From Nitrospirota bacterium (lineage in GTDB: Bacteria; Nitrospirota; UBA9217), in assembly GCA_963737155.1 (NCBI GenBank), contig CAVTRN010000002.1:1696001-1760000 (forward strand): DNA of 64,000 bases, given 5' to 3'. Below, piece after piece: positions 1 to 8,341 of this stretch (positions within the stretch are counted from its first letter, which is position 1; each line of letters opens with the position of its first letter). The notes beneath the pieces were generated by a model that was not told the origin of the DNA, did not search any database, and saw only the letters and a program-made list of their open reading frames with translations. A program made the position numbers and the translations under genes.

Positions 1-35
1 GAATTTTCTGGGATGTTGCTCCCAAAGGTATTAAT

Positions 36-215
36 ATGGCAATCGTAATCAAAAACGGAGTTAAAGGGAAAGTTTGCTCCACATGTCGCAAATGGAAGCC
101 GCTAGACGACTTCCCAACAGATCCCACCCACGGTCCTACGCAAGGCGGTCATCACTGCCGGTGTAAAGAATGTCATCGCAATGGAGCAAGATTTAAGAGA
201 CAAGAAAACTCATGA
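36..215 (+). CDS. small zinc-ribbon protein (59 aa, CxxC...CxxC), below the ORF-track cutoff
   Basis: Read manually: ATG36-TGA215 encodes MAIVIKNGVKGKVCSTCRKWKPLDDFPTDPTHGPTQGGHHCRCKECHRNGARFKRQENS, resembling Zn-ribbon modules of phage/HNH-associated proteins. Confidence 0.6.
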   Translation: MAIVIKNGVKGKVCSTCRKWKPLDDFPTDPTHGPTQGGHHCRCKECHRNGARFKRQENS

Positions 216-247
216 TGGTGTCTTTCGGTCTATGGTTTTTGAGGAGG

Positions 248-336
248 GTAGAGTAAGAGATCGGGCGTAGTCGGACTATTTCCCGATCTCTCCTCTCCGA
301 ACCGGACTTGCACCTCTCAGCGCATCCAGCTCTCCA
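248..336 (-). ncRNA. group II intron 3' remnant (domains V and VI)
   Basis: Reverse complement reads GAGCTGGATGCGCTGAGAGGTGCAAGTCCGGTTC (D5-like with AGC triad), then a D6-like hairpin GAGAGATCGGG...CCCGATCTC ending TTACTCTAC (canonical AY 3' end at 248). No RT ORF nearby. Confidence 0.85.
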
Positions 337-582
337 TTCAAGTGTTGCTCAATGCAAAGGCAACGTCAGCATAGCTCGATTCGATAGTGCGGCGTTTCTC
401 GTCGCGTAGTCGGAACGACTGTCCGAACTCGATCGGAATGGGTGTCCGATCCTGTTGCGTATAAGCATACGTCCCAAAATATTAAAGTCACTTCAATTTG
501 TCGTATTCAAAATATACGGATTGTCCTTTATGCCACGGTAGTTTAGTTTTTAAGAAAACTGTAGAAAGCATCCTGTGTGTCA

Positions 583-963
583 CTACTTTAGTTTTTTCTC
601 CCGCTCAGCGAGAAGATTTTGACCCTCAATAAAACGCAATGTTTCTATTTTTTGTTTTTTACTCATTTTCTCTAATAACCCAAGTATTTTTATTGTTTCA
701 TCATCATATAAATCCCCACTCTTCGCCGATTGGTTTAGCTTAACAACAGTAAAGTCCGTGCAAACATCATTGTTAGATAAAATCCAATTAATAGATTTTC
801 CGGTTATCTCAGAAAGCTTTTTTAATATGGGAGCAGGTGGAAACCGATCCCCTGATTCGTAATATCTATAGGCACGAAAAGACACCCCTAGCCTCTCAGC
901 AAATTTCTTTTGAGAAGAACTTCCTCGAATATCCTTAAGTCTTGAACCAAAATCATATTTCAT
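583..963 (-). CDS. XRE-family HTH transcriptional repressor (phage cI-like, no peptidase domain)
   Basis: N-terminal RLKDIRG..SQKKFAERLGVSFRAYRYYESGDRFP HTH_3 pattern. Confidence 0.85.
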   Translation of the reverse strand: MKYDFGSRLKDIRGSSSQKKFAERLGVSFRAYRYYESGDRFPPAPILKKLSEITGKSINWILSNNDVCTDFTVVKLNQSAKSGDLYDDETIKILGLLEKMSKKQKIETLRFIEGQNLLAEREKKLK

Positions 964-969
964 TGTATG

Positions 970-1021
970 GGTACAGTTGTGCCACTATAATCTTGACAAA
1001 TGGCACGAACATGCCTATAAT
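970..1021 (+). promoter_or_regulatory. consensus sigma70 promoter with two operator-like palindromes
   Basis: TTGACA(993-998)-17 bp-TATAAT(1016-1021). GGTA-N6-TGCC (970-983) and GGCA-N6-TGCC (1002-1015), the latter between -35 and -10. Divergent from the XRE gene. Confidence 0.8.
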
Positions 1022-1178
1022 CCCCAAAAATGATGATGTACAGTGCTTTTCGTATAATACATAATATTTTTCAGATATTAGTCTATTTTATTTGCCATGT
1101 CTACGTTTAATTTTAAAACGAGATTAGTCCTTTCTCATACAAAAAATATTACCTTTAGTAAATTACATAAAAAGAAAG

Positions 1179-1424
1179 GTGGGGATTTATTTGAAAAAAT
1201 ATAGAGAAGCTCTCAATAAATTATCAAATTCAAATATTCCATTATCGCAGATGCTACAAATACTTAGCTCTCATTCGATGCGGATATTTCAACTTCAATA
1301 CTTAGAGGCAACAAATGTTTTGCACAAAGGGCCTGTAACGCCAACAGATTTCGGTGATTCTCGATTCAATCAACATAAACCAATAAAAGTTATTCCCAAA
1401 AGACGCAATGGTAAAATCAAATGA
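1179..1424 (+). CDS. hypothetical protein
   Basis: 81-aa ORF downstream of the strong promoter, GTG start after GAAAG; no recognisable domain. Confidence 0.4.
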   Translation: MGIYLKKYREALNKLSNSNIPLSQMLQILSSHSMRIFQLQYLEATNVLHKGPVTPTDFGDSRFNQHKPIKVIPKRRNGKIK

Positions 1425-1574
1425 CTAAATTAAATACCGCATCGTCAAAACAATATGTGCTCGATAATTGTATACGAGATAGTCATAAGATGAATCATCG
1501 TATTCTCCAGAAATACTAAAGACACGATCACCGTAATTGTTTATCTTAAAGATAGACTATAAGCAGGTCTAGAT

Positions 1575-1736
1575 ATGATAATGATCTTTGTTCTGGTCAT
1601 TTTGTCTATTCTTGCAGTGATGATATCTGCGGATTCATCTTTTGGGAACCCTTTTACGAACAACTATATTCCAGGCGAAGACAACTCTCATCTTCAGTCC
1701 GTCGCGGTTATTGAATTATTCCTCTTTAGGAGTTGA
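1575..1736 (+). pseudogene. possible 5' remnant of a secreted/membrane protein gene at the island left junction
   Basis: ATG1575: MIMIFVLVILSILAVMISADSSFG... signal-peptide-like; ends 8 bp before the first recombinase start. Confidence 0.3.
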
Positions 1737-1743
1737 ACTGTCT

Positions 1744-3210
1744 ATGATGAAACCTGCCAAGAAGATTCTCTTACCACATATCGAGATAACCGTAGTCTCC
1801 ACATCGAAAGCCCCTGATGCATCCGGAGTTATTTTGCCTAGCCAAACTGGTGATGACGCCGAATTGATGTACTTCATAAGCCCGAAGCGCATGGGCAAAT
1901 CCGGTGAGCGAGTAGATGGGGAACCTGTCTGGGCAAAGCAGCAATACAACCACTTCCCTGTCGCGCTGGATAGTCACGGCGTGCCTTGGGCTGAAGCGGA
2001 GGTCTACATCCTTTCGAAGTTGGATGGTCTTGCCGGCCCGTCCATGGCAACATATATCGCGATCGCGAATGATCTTTCTGAGTACCGGAGGTTCCTGGAC
2101 GAAACCGGGCTTGATTGGCTGCACTTCCCGTCTCAGAAATTCGCCAGGCCGACCTACAGGTTCAACGGTCACCTAAAATATGCTGTCCAAGCTGGGAAGA
2201 TTGCAGCTACATACGCTCAACGGCAAATGGGTACAGTAATCGGTTTATACCGGTGGCTTATAGATGAGGAGGTTTTCGAGCCACAGAATCCTCCGTGGAA
2301 GGAATCTGACCGGTACATCAACTTTAAGGACTCCCGTGGTTTTGCCCAATCCAAGAAGGTAGTTACCACGGACGTTTCCATAAAGGTCGCCAAGCAGCAT
2401 GACCCCTATGACGGATATATTGACGATGGTGGGAAGCTGCGTCCACTCACCTATGAGGAGCAGGGGTGGGTCATGGACGCCCTCGTTACTCTTGGCAACA
2501 CTGAGATGACCCTTATCCATTTGCTCGGGATGCTGACAGGCGCCAGGATCCAAACTGCCCTCACCTTCAAAGTATCTCACACAAAGTTACCTCTTAGCAG
2601 CGATGTGTTCGGGGAGATCCGGATCCCAATCGGACCGGGTACTAGGATTGACTCGAAGAACAATAAAAAGATGACACTTCATATCCCTGCCTGGTTTTAC
2701 GAAATGCTAAAGCTCTACGCCAACAGCACACACGCCATCAAGCGCAGGGAAAAGGCAAAAGGTGGAGACACCGATGACCAGTACCTCTTTCTGAGCATCA
2801 GAGGGGCGCCTCTATACGAGGACAAGGCAGATTCGATGGAGTTTGATGAAAACAACGATACCCGCTATGCCAGGACCGGGCAGGGGGTTCGCCAATTTAT
2901 TACGGAAAGGGTGCTCCCCTTCATCCTGCAGAAATATGGTGCTATGAAGTTCAAATATCGGTTCCACGACACTCGGGCAACGGCTGGCATGAACTGGACA
3001 GACCATCAGTTGAAGCTTGTTGAACTGAAGAAGACCACTCTTTTCAGCGCAAGAGAATTTATTAAGACACGGATGGGCCACGAGTCGTCAATGACCACCG
3101 ATCGCTATCTTCAGTTCCGTGAAAACCTGAAATTCGTGCAATGGGCAGGCCAGGAGTACGACAACCACCTGAAACGTCTCGCCAGTTTGATTATGAAAGA
3201 TGTTCGATGA
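1744..3210 (+). CDS. tyrosine recombinase (GinA-like)
   Basis: Catalytic motifs TGAR, FHDTR (HxxR), RMGH, TDRY. AGGAG RBS at 1728 favours ATG1744 over the ORF-track start 1642. Confidence 0.85.
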   Translation: MMKPAKKILLPHIEITVVSTSKAPDASGVILPSQTGDDAELMYFISPKRMGKSGERVDGEPVWAKQQYNHFPVALDSHGVPWAEAEVYILSKLDGLAGPSMATYIAIANDLSEYRRFLDETGLDWLHFPSQKFARPTYRFNGHLKYAVQAGKIAATYAQRQMGTVIGLYRWLIDEEVFEPQNPPWKESDRYINFKDSRGFAQSKKVVTTDVSIKVAKQHDPYDGYIDDGGKLRPLTYEEQGWVMDALVTLGNTEMTLIHLLGMLTGARIQTALTFKVSHTKLPLSSDVFGEIRIPIGPGTRIDSKNNKKMTLHIPAWFYEMLKLYANSTHAIKRREKAKGGDTDDQYLFLSIRGAPLYEDKADSMEFDENNDTRYARTGQGVRQFITERVLPFILQKYGAMKFKYRFHDTRATAGMNWTDHQLKLVELKKTTLFSAREFIKTRMGHESSMTTDRYLQFRENLKFVQWAGQEYDNHLKRLASLIMKDVR

Positions 3211-5126
3211 GAAAATACACCCAGCACCCTACTGCTTTGTATGACCTCCCACTGGCCAACGGGATGCAGATCCTCCGAGCGGAGCAGGTTATTCTCCGCT
3301 TTGGTTCTGTAGGTTCTGTCGACATAGGGTCTCTCTGCTACTTACACCGAGGGACCTACAAACGTAAGTTCGTTAACGATAGTCTGATGGTGGATAGCTC
3401 CTCTTTTGACAGTTCGAGAGCGAAAAGGGTGTCGGAGCTGATAGAGTTTATATCAGTGTGTGTTCGCCACACAGGGCAGCGTACAAGTACGCTCTTTAAA
3501 AAGTTTATAGACTTTTCTAAAGTATTCATGGCCTGGTCGGATGGGAATGGGCACACCGATCTTTTCGATGATGAAGATACCGCTCGGAACGCCTTCCGAG
3601 GTTTTGTGGCTCATCTCCGTGAACGGGTTATCCAAAATCAAATCACTGTGAATAGTGCGGCCCGTTACCAAATACATGTCTTGTGGGTTCTGGAAAATTT
3701 TCTTGGGATAGATAATCTTGCAAGGGGCGTGAATCTCCTTGTGCAAAACTCTAAGGCAACTGAGCAGACAATGCCGCCTTGTGAAAACACTCAAAGCAAG
3801 GTGATGGCTCTTTGTGAAGCGCTTTTCTTTGGTCTCAGTGAATTGGTTATTGAAGCCAGAGATTACCCTTTCCGGCTAAAAATGCCCGACTACCTCCAAT
3901 GGAAATCGAATGCGATTTGGGTCTTCCCTCATATAAAATGGTGTATTCCTCCTCTAGACGATGGCTGCTACGATCGGAGTTTGCAACCTCGGGGGTTTAA
4001 CTATGCTGCCGGCAGAGTAGCCTCCTTGGATGAAATCAAGCAAAAGTGCCCGACAAAGTCGTTAAAGTTTTTCAAGCCCACGGCAACCCTCAGACGCGCT
4101 CAGAAGAGAATCTCTACAGCGAATCAGGACCCTCGTGATTATGCCCGCATCCAGGCCGCCCAAATGGCGCTCAATGCTTTCATTGATATGTTCGTTGCTA
4201 GCACGGCGATGAACGCAACTCAAATAATAGAATTGGCCTGGGGGGACGATGAATTCAAGCTTGGCGTTGAGCGCCAAGGATTCAGGACGCTCAAATGGAG
4301 AGCCGGCGGCAAGAGATGCTCGTTTGAAATATCTCCGGTATTTATACCTAAATTCAGGCGGTTTCTGAATTTGCGTCGGTATCTTTTAAACGGTGTAGAA
4401 TGTGATTATCTCTTTTTCACTTTGGGGGCAAATGCCGGTAAATCCTCTATCCCACGACGACTAATAAATAGATTTGCCGTTTCTTTTGCCGAGTCGCTAA
4501 GAAGATTTGATCCTAGTGTGAATGTGACAGCCAGAGAGTGGCGGGCCGCAAAGAGCGATTGGTTGATCAAAAAAACGGATCCTGCTACTGCTGCCCTTAT
4601 CCTTCAGAACTCAGAAAGAACGCTCTTGAAAAGCTATGCAGCTGGTTCTCCAACGGAGCACCTGAACGAAATGACGAGGTATTTCGACAGGGTTTCAAAT
4701 GTGGTGGCTAACAGGGGGCAACAGATCGAGCATGGTGTTGAGCGAGCTACAGGGGTTTGTTGTGACTACGGGTCCCCGCACGAGGTGTCCCAAAACGCTC
4801 CGGTTACGCCTGATTGTCGTGCTCCTGAAGGATGCCTGTTTTGCGACAAGTTCAAGGTGCATGCCGATGAGCGAGACACAAGAAAACTATTGAGTTGCCG
4901 CTTCTGCTTGTTGCTGACAGCCCCACTTGCGGCGAGCCAAGAACAATTCGAGCGCTTGTTCTCTCCGATCCTTGACCGCATCCAAGTGATCCTTGACGAA
5001 ATTGATGTCAGGGAACCCGGGATGGTTTCCCGAATAAAGGTAGAAGTGGAGGAAGATGGCGAACTTGATCCGTACTGGGCGGGGAAAATAGAAATGCTGA
5101 CTACCCTTGAGCTGGTGACTTTATAA
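3207..5126 (+). CDS. degenerate tyrosine-recombinase-like protein (GinB-like) with C-terminal Cys cluster
   Basis: ATGA overlap with the upstream stop. Recombinase-like REWRAAKS..LQNS..KSY lacking the canonical R/HxxR, plus C..PDC..GCLFC. Confidence 0.7.
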   Translation: MRKYTQHPTALYDLPLANGMQILRAEQVILRFGSVGSVDIGSLCYLHRGTYKRKFVNDSLMVDSSSFDSSRAKRVSELIEFISVCVRHTGQRTSTLFKKFIDFSKVFMAWSDGNGHTDLFDDEDTARNAFRGFVAHLRERVIQNQITVNSAARYQIHVLWVLENFLGIDNLARGVNLLVQNSKATEQTMPPCENTQSKVMALCEALFFGLSELVIEARDYPFRLKMPDYLQWKSNAIWVFPHIKWCIPPLDDGCYDRSLQPRGFNYAAGRVASLDEIKQKCPTKSLKFFKPTATLRRAQKRISTANQDPRDYARIQAAQMALNAFIDMFVASTAMNATQIIELAWGDDEFKLGVERQGFRTLKWRAGGKRCSFEISPVFIPKFRRFLNLRRYLLNGVECDYLFFTLGANAGKSSIPRRLINRFAVSFAESLRRFDPSVNVTAREWRAAKSDWLIKKTDPATAALILQNSERTLLKSYAAGSPTEHLNEMTRYFDRVSNVVANRGQQIEHGVERATGVCCDYGSPHEVSQNAPVTPDCRAPEGCLFCDKFKVHADERDTRKLLSCRFCLLLTAPLAASQEQFERLFSPILDRIQVILDEIDVREPGMVSRIKVEVEEDGELDPYWAGKIEMLTTLELVTL

Positions 5127-7153
5127 TGATTTATGAACCTAAAATACCTTTATCCGAGGCTGCTGTCCCCCCCGATTCATATGACGATTCCGTCGGACTG
5201 ATCCCTCCTGATGACTTTGTCGTAAGCAGATTTCATGACGGCACGGTGGCGTCTCGCTACATGGACATGTCCTGGAACCGTACGCCTTATGACCCGGACG
5301 GACACCCTTCTTGGTTGCGGTTCCCTTTCTGGAAGTACAAGCACCTTACGTTGGAGCAAGAAAGTCTGAACCGTGAGGTTCATTGGTTAATGTTTTTACT
5401 TACATGGAAAAGACCAAGACTCACGCTGTCTTTTTCAAGTCTCGAAAGCTATATGTGCTTTTTCAGGATGCTTACCAAGACCGCTTATGCCAGTTCCTGC
5501 CAGATCAAGGAGATACTTTCCGACGAGACCCGCATCATGCATTTAATAGACAGTGGGGGGATTGGCTATAGGAATATTGGGCTCCTATCGAGTTTGCTTT
5601 CCTTTTTGTTAAAGTTGGGGACAGAGGGCTCCGGACTGTTTGTCCCTGGCAGGAAGGTACTGCGGCAGTTGAACCAGCACTACAATCAGTCTAGGGACGA
5701 GTCCAAGCAAACTCCGCCCATCCCGACCAGAATCTATACCAAAATAATCGTTGGTCTTTTGCGTGAACTCGAAGAGTTCGAGAAGGTTGCAGATCGTTAT
5801 TTTGCCTTGCTGACAGAATGTCTTAGTGACCCGCTTATGGGGAGGTCTCGTACCATTCAATACTGCAAGGTTGTGCGGCTAGGGCTCACGGATAAGGCAC
5901 CGCGCCCACACTTTAGCCAACTTCTAAGGAAATATGATCTTGAGGATTACTTTGCTTCACGACAGTTAGTGCATGACGTAACTGGGTTATCGTCCGGGCT
6001 TTCGGAGGCACAGGAGGTCGCCAAACTACTGATTCAAACCTTCAGTGGCATGCGCGATGATGAGTCAGCCGAGTTGCCCTTCCATAGCCTGATAACATCG
6101 GTCAGTGACGACAGAACCCACTACTTGTTGGCAGGGAGAACTACGAAACTGAACAATGGTCTATTCAAGAGGACGAAGTGGGCTACCAGTCGTGAAGGTC
6201 AAAAGGCCGTCTTATTGGCACAACGTATTGCCACTGCTATCTATGAATCGATGGGAGAATCACCGGAGCCGGATATGGAACGGATCAACAACTATCCCCT
6301 TTTGGTGTCTACTGCATACCTTCCCATCAATGCCAGGCTTATAGCTAAAGGACACAAGGGGTTTCTGGCCGGCGGATTCAAACTCGCCGATTTTGGGAAA
6401 ATTAAGGTGCGGTTACTGGCCAAGATTGAAGAATCTGACATTCGGGAATTGGAGCAAATAGACCCTCACCGGGCTTGGCGTTCGGAGGCTGCATTTCAGA
6501 TCGGTTGCGCGTGGCCATTTGAAACACACCAACTTCGCCGGTCGCTGGCCCTGTATGCGCAACGGTCTGGGTTGGTGTCCCTTCCCTCGTTACGCCGGCA
6601 GCTGCAGCACATCACCGAGGAGATGTCTCGTTACTATGCTCGGGGATCCGCATATGCCAAGAACTTCATTGGTGATGACCCGGAGCACTTCGGGCTGGAA
6701 TGGCAGGAGACCGCCACTGAGTCGGCCGCACTCAGCTACTTCCTTAACGTGCTGTACTCTGATGAGGTTCTTTTTGGCGGGCACGTTAACTGGATGGAGC
6801 ACTATTTGAAATCTGCTGACGGGACAGTCTGTGTTGACCGTGAGACAACCATGCGTCGATTTAAGAAGGGGGAACTTTCCTACCGGGAAACCAGCCTTGG
6901 CGGTTGCACTAACGTCAATGAATGCAAGTCGGTCCCGATCAAATGGCTTGATATCGATTGCATCGAGAAATGTTCGAACCTAGTAGGAAAGCTATCAAAA
7001 CTTGAAGAAGTGATAGTAGTTCAAAAAAATTGGGTTGCGACGCTCGATCCTAAAAGCATCGAGTATCGGACTGAGAAAGAAGATCTAGCCGTTTTGGTTG
7101 GGGCACATGAAAAAATCCTCAGAAGGCAGGACAAGGGAGGTGTAGTTGCATGA
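5126..7153 (+). CDS. tyrosine recombinase (GinC-like)
   Basis: SGMR, THQLRRS (HxxR), LQH, SRYY motifs; C-terminal Cys cluster; TAATG overlap. Confidence 0.85.
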   Translation: MIYEPKIPLSEAAVPPDSYDDSVGLIPPDDFVVSRFHDGTVASRYMDMSWNRTPYDPDGHPSWLRFPFWKYKHLTLEQESLNREVHWLMFLLTWKRPRLTLSFSSLESYMCFFRMLTKTAYASSCQIKEILSDETRIMHLIDSGGIGYRNIGLLSSLLSFLLKLGTEGSGLFVPGRKVLRQLNQHYNQSRDESKQTPPIPTRIYTKIIVGLLRELEEFEKVADRYFALLTECLSDPLMGRSRTIQYCKVVRLGLTDKAPRPHFSQLLRKYDLEDYFASRQLVHDVTGLSSGLSEAQEVAKLLIQTFSGMRDDESAELPFHSLITSVSDDRTHYLLAGRTTKLNNGLFKRTKWATSREGQKAVLLAQRIATAIYESMGESPEPDMERINNYPLLVSTAYLPINARLIAKGHKGFLAGGFKLADFGKIKVRLLAKIEESDIRELEQIDPHRAWRSEAAFQIGCAWPFETHQLRRSLALYAQRSGLVSLPSLRRQLQHITEEMSRYYARGSAYAKNFIGDDPEHFGLEWQETATESAALSYFLNVLYSDEVLFGGHVNWMEHYLKSADGTVCVDRETTMRRFKKGELSYRETSLGGCTNVNECKSVPIKWLDIDCIEKCSNLVGKLSKLEEVIVVQKNWVATLDPKSIEYRTEKEDLAVLVGAHEKILRRQDKGGVVA

Positions 7154-8019
7154 AACAACAGCCACTTGACGCCTATTTTGTCGCCTTGGAACGGTTAAAA
7201 CAACGAGTCCCTACAGTTGTCCCTAAGGGGACAAAGATAACCAATGATGCTGTAGCCCTTGAGGCTGGGCGGGGAAAGGGAAGTATCAAAAAGTCGAGAG
7301 ACGTTTTCTCGGATCTGATTATTGCTATAGACGAAGCCGCGGCAGAACAGGCCAAGCCTAAAAATGAGAAAAAAGTTCAATTGGAGAAAGCCAAAGGCAC
7401 TGCGCACCAACTGCGACGGGAACTTGAAGCGGCATTGGGACGGGAGGTTTCTTTGCTCCAGGAACTCTTTGAGACCAAGCAGAAATTGGCCAAACTAACG
7501 GGTGGAAACGTTCTGCCGATCCGCGGTCTGAACTCTAAAGGCCGAATGGAACACAAGGCCGAAATTAAGGAAATTATTATCCTCATCGGAATCCCCGCAA
7601 GTGGAAAGTCAACATTTTATGATACACGGCTCAGCAAAACGCATGTTAGGTTGAGTCTCGATATCGTAAAATCTCGATTCCGTGAAATGACACTTTTCAA
7701 AGAATATTTAGCTGCAAAGCTGAGTGTAGTTGTAGACAATACAAATGTAACTACTTCCGACCGAAATCGTTATATAGAACCAGCCAAAGCGGCAGGCTTT
7801 CAGGTTAAAGGCTTCTACTTTGAAGCGGACGTAAAAGAATCTCTATTGCGTAACGAGTTGAGAGTGGGCAAGAACAAGCTGCCAGCAGTAGCAATCTATA
7901 CCTCAAACATGAAAATGGAACTCCCAAGGCTAGATGAAGGATTTGATGAGCTTTATACTGTGAACCTTGCTCCTGCTGGAGAGTTCAGAATTTCACGTTG
8001 GAACCTCGAAAAGCAATAG
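7150..8019 (+). CDS. GinD/TnpC-like small DNA-binding protein fused to an AAA_33/polynucleotide-kinase-like P-loop domain
   Basis: N-terminal ~130 aa (ITNDAVALEAGRGKGSIKKSR plus coiled coil). C-terminal GIPASGKST Walker A, VVVDNTN, LRNELR, PRLDEGFDEL. Confidence 0.75.
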   Translation: MKQQPLDAYFVALERLKQRVPTVVPKGTKITNDAVALEAGRGKGSIKKSRDVFSDLIIAIDEAAAEQAKPKNEKKVQLEKAKGTAHQLRRELEAALGREVSLLQELFETKQKLAKLTGGNVLPIRGLNSKGRMEHKAEIKEIIILIGIPASGKSTFYDTRLSKTHVRLSLDIVKSRFREMTLFKEYLAAKLSVVVDNTNVTTSDRNRYIEPAKAAGFQVKGFYFEADVKESLLRNELRVGKNKLPAVAIYTSNMKMELPRLDEGFDELYTVNLAPAGEFRISRWNLEKQ

Positions 8020-8341
8020 ACGATGATGCAGGTCAAAACAAGGAACGCCAAATCAACGAACAACGACCTTGACAAGTTTCATAATCAGCTTGAGTCTGTT
8101 CTAGTCGGCATTGTCGAGCATTTATTTTATTGAGCGGCGCAGGTCGTTGGCTTTCGCTTCGGTGCAGCTGTCGGTTTTTTGACCAGATTTCTGAAATTCT
8201 CTTTTACAGCAAAAAAGCAATAAATACCACTTCAACCACCTTCTCCCTCTTAATCTGTTTTCTGGACTTTTGCGACCATTTGTAGTAATCTCTTAAACAA
8301 TTCAATTATTTGCGTCCGTTGCATCCCTCTTTTTATAAATA

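Noticed and set aside
1744-7153. RIT element
   Set aside because: The proteins are much longer than typical RIT recombinases, a fourth coupled gene is present, and no terminal inverted repeats closely flank the trio.
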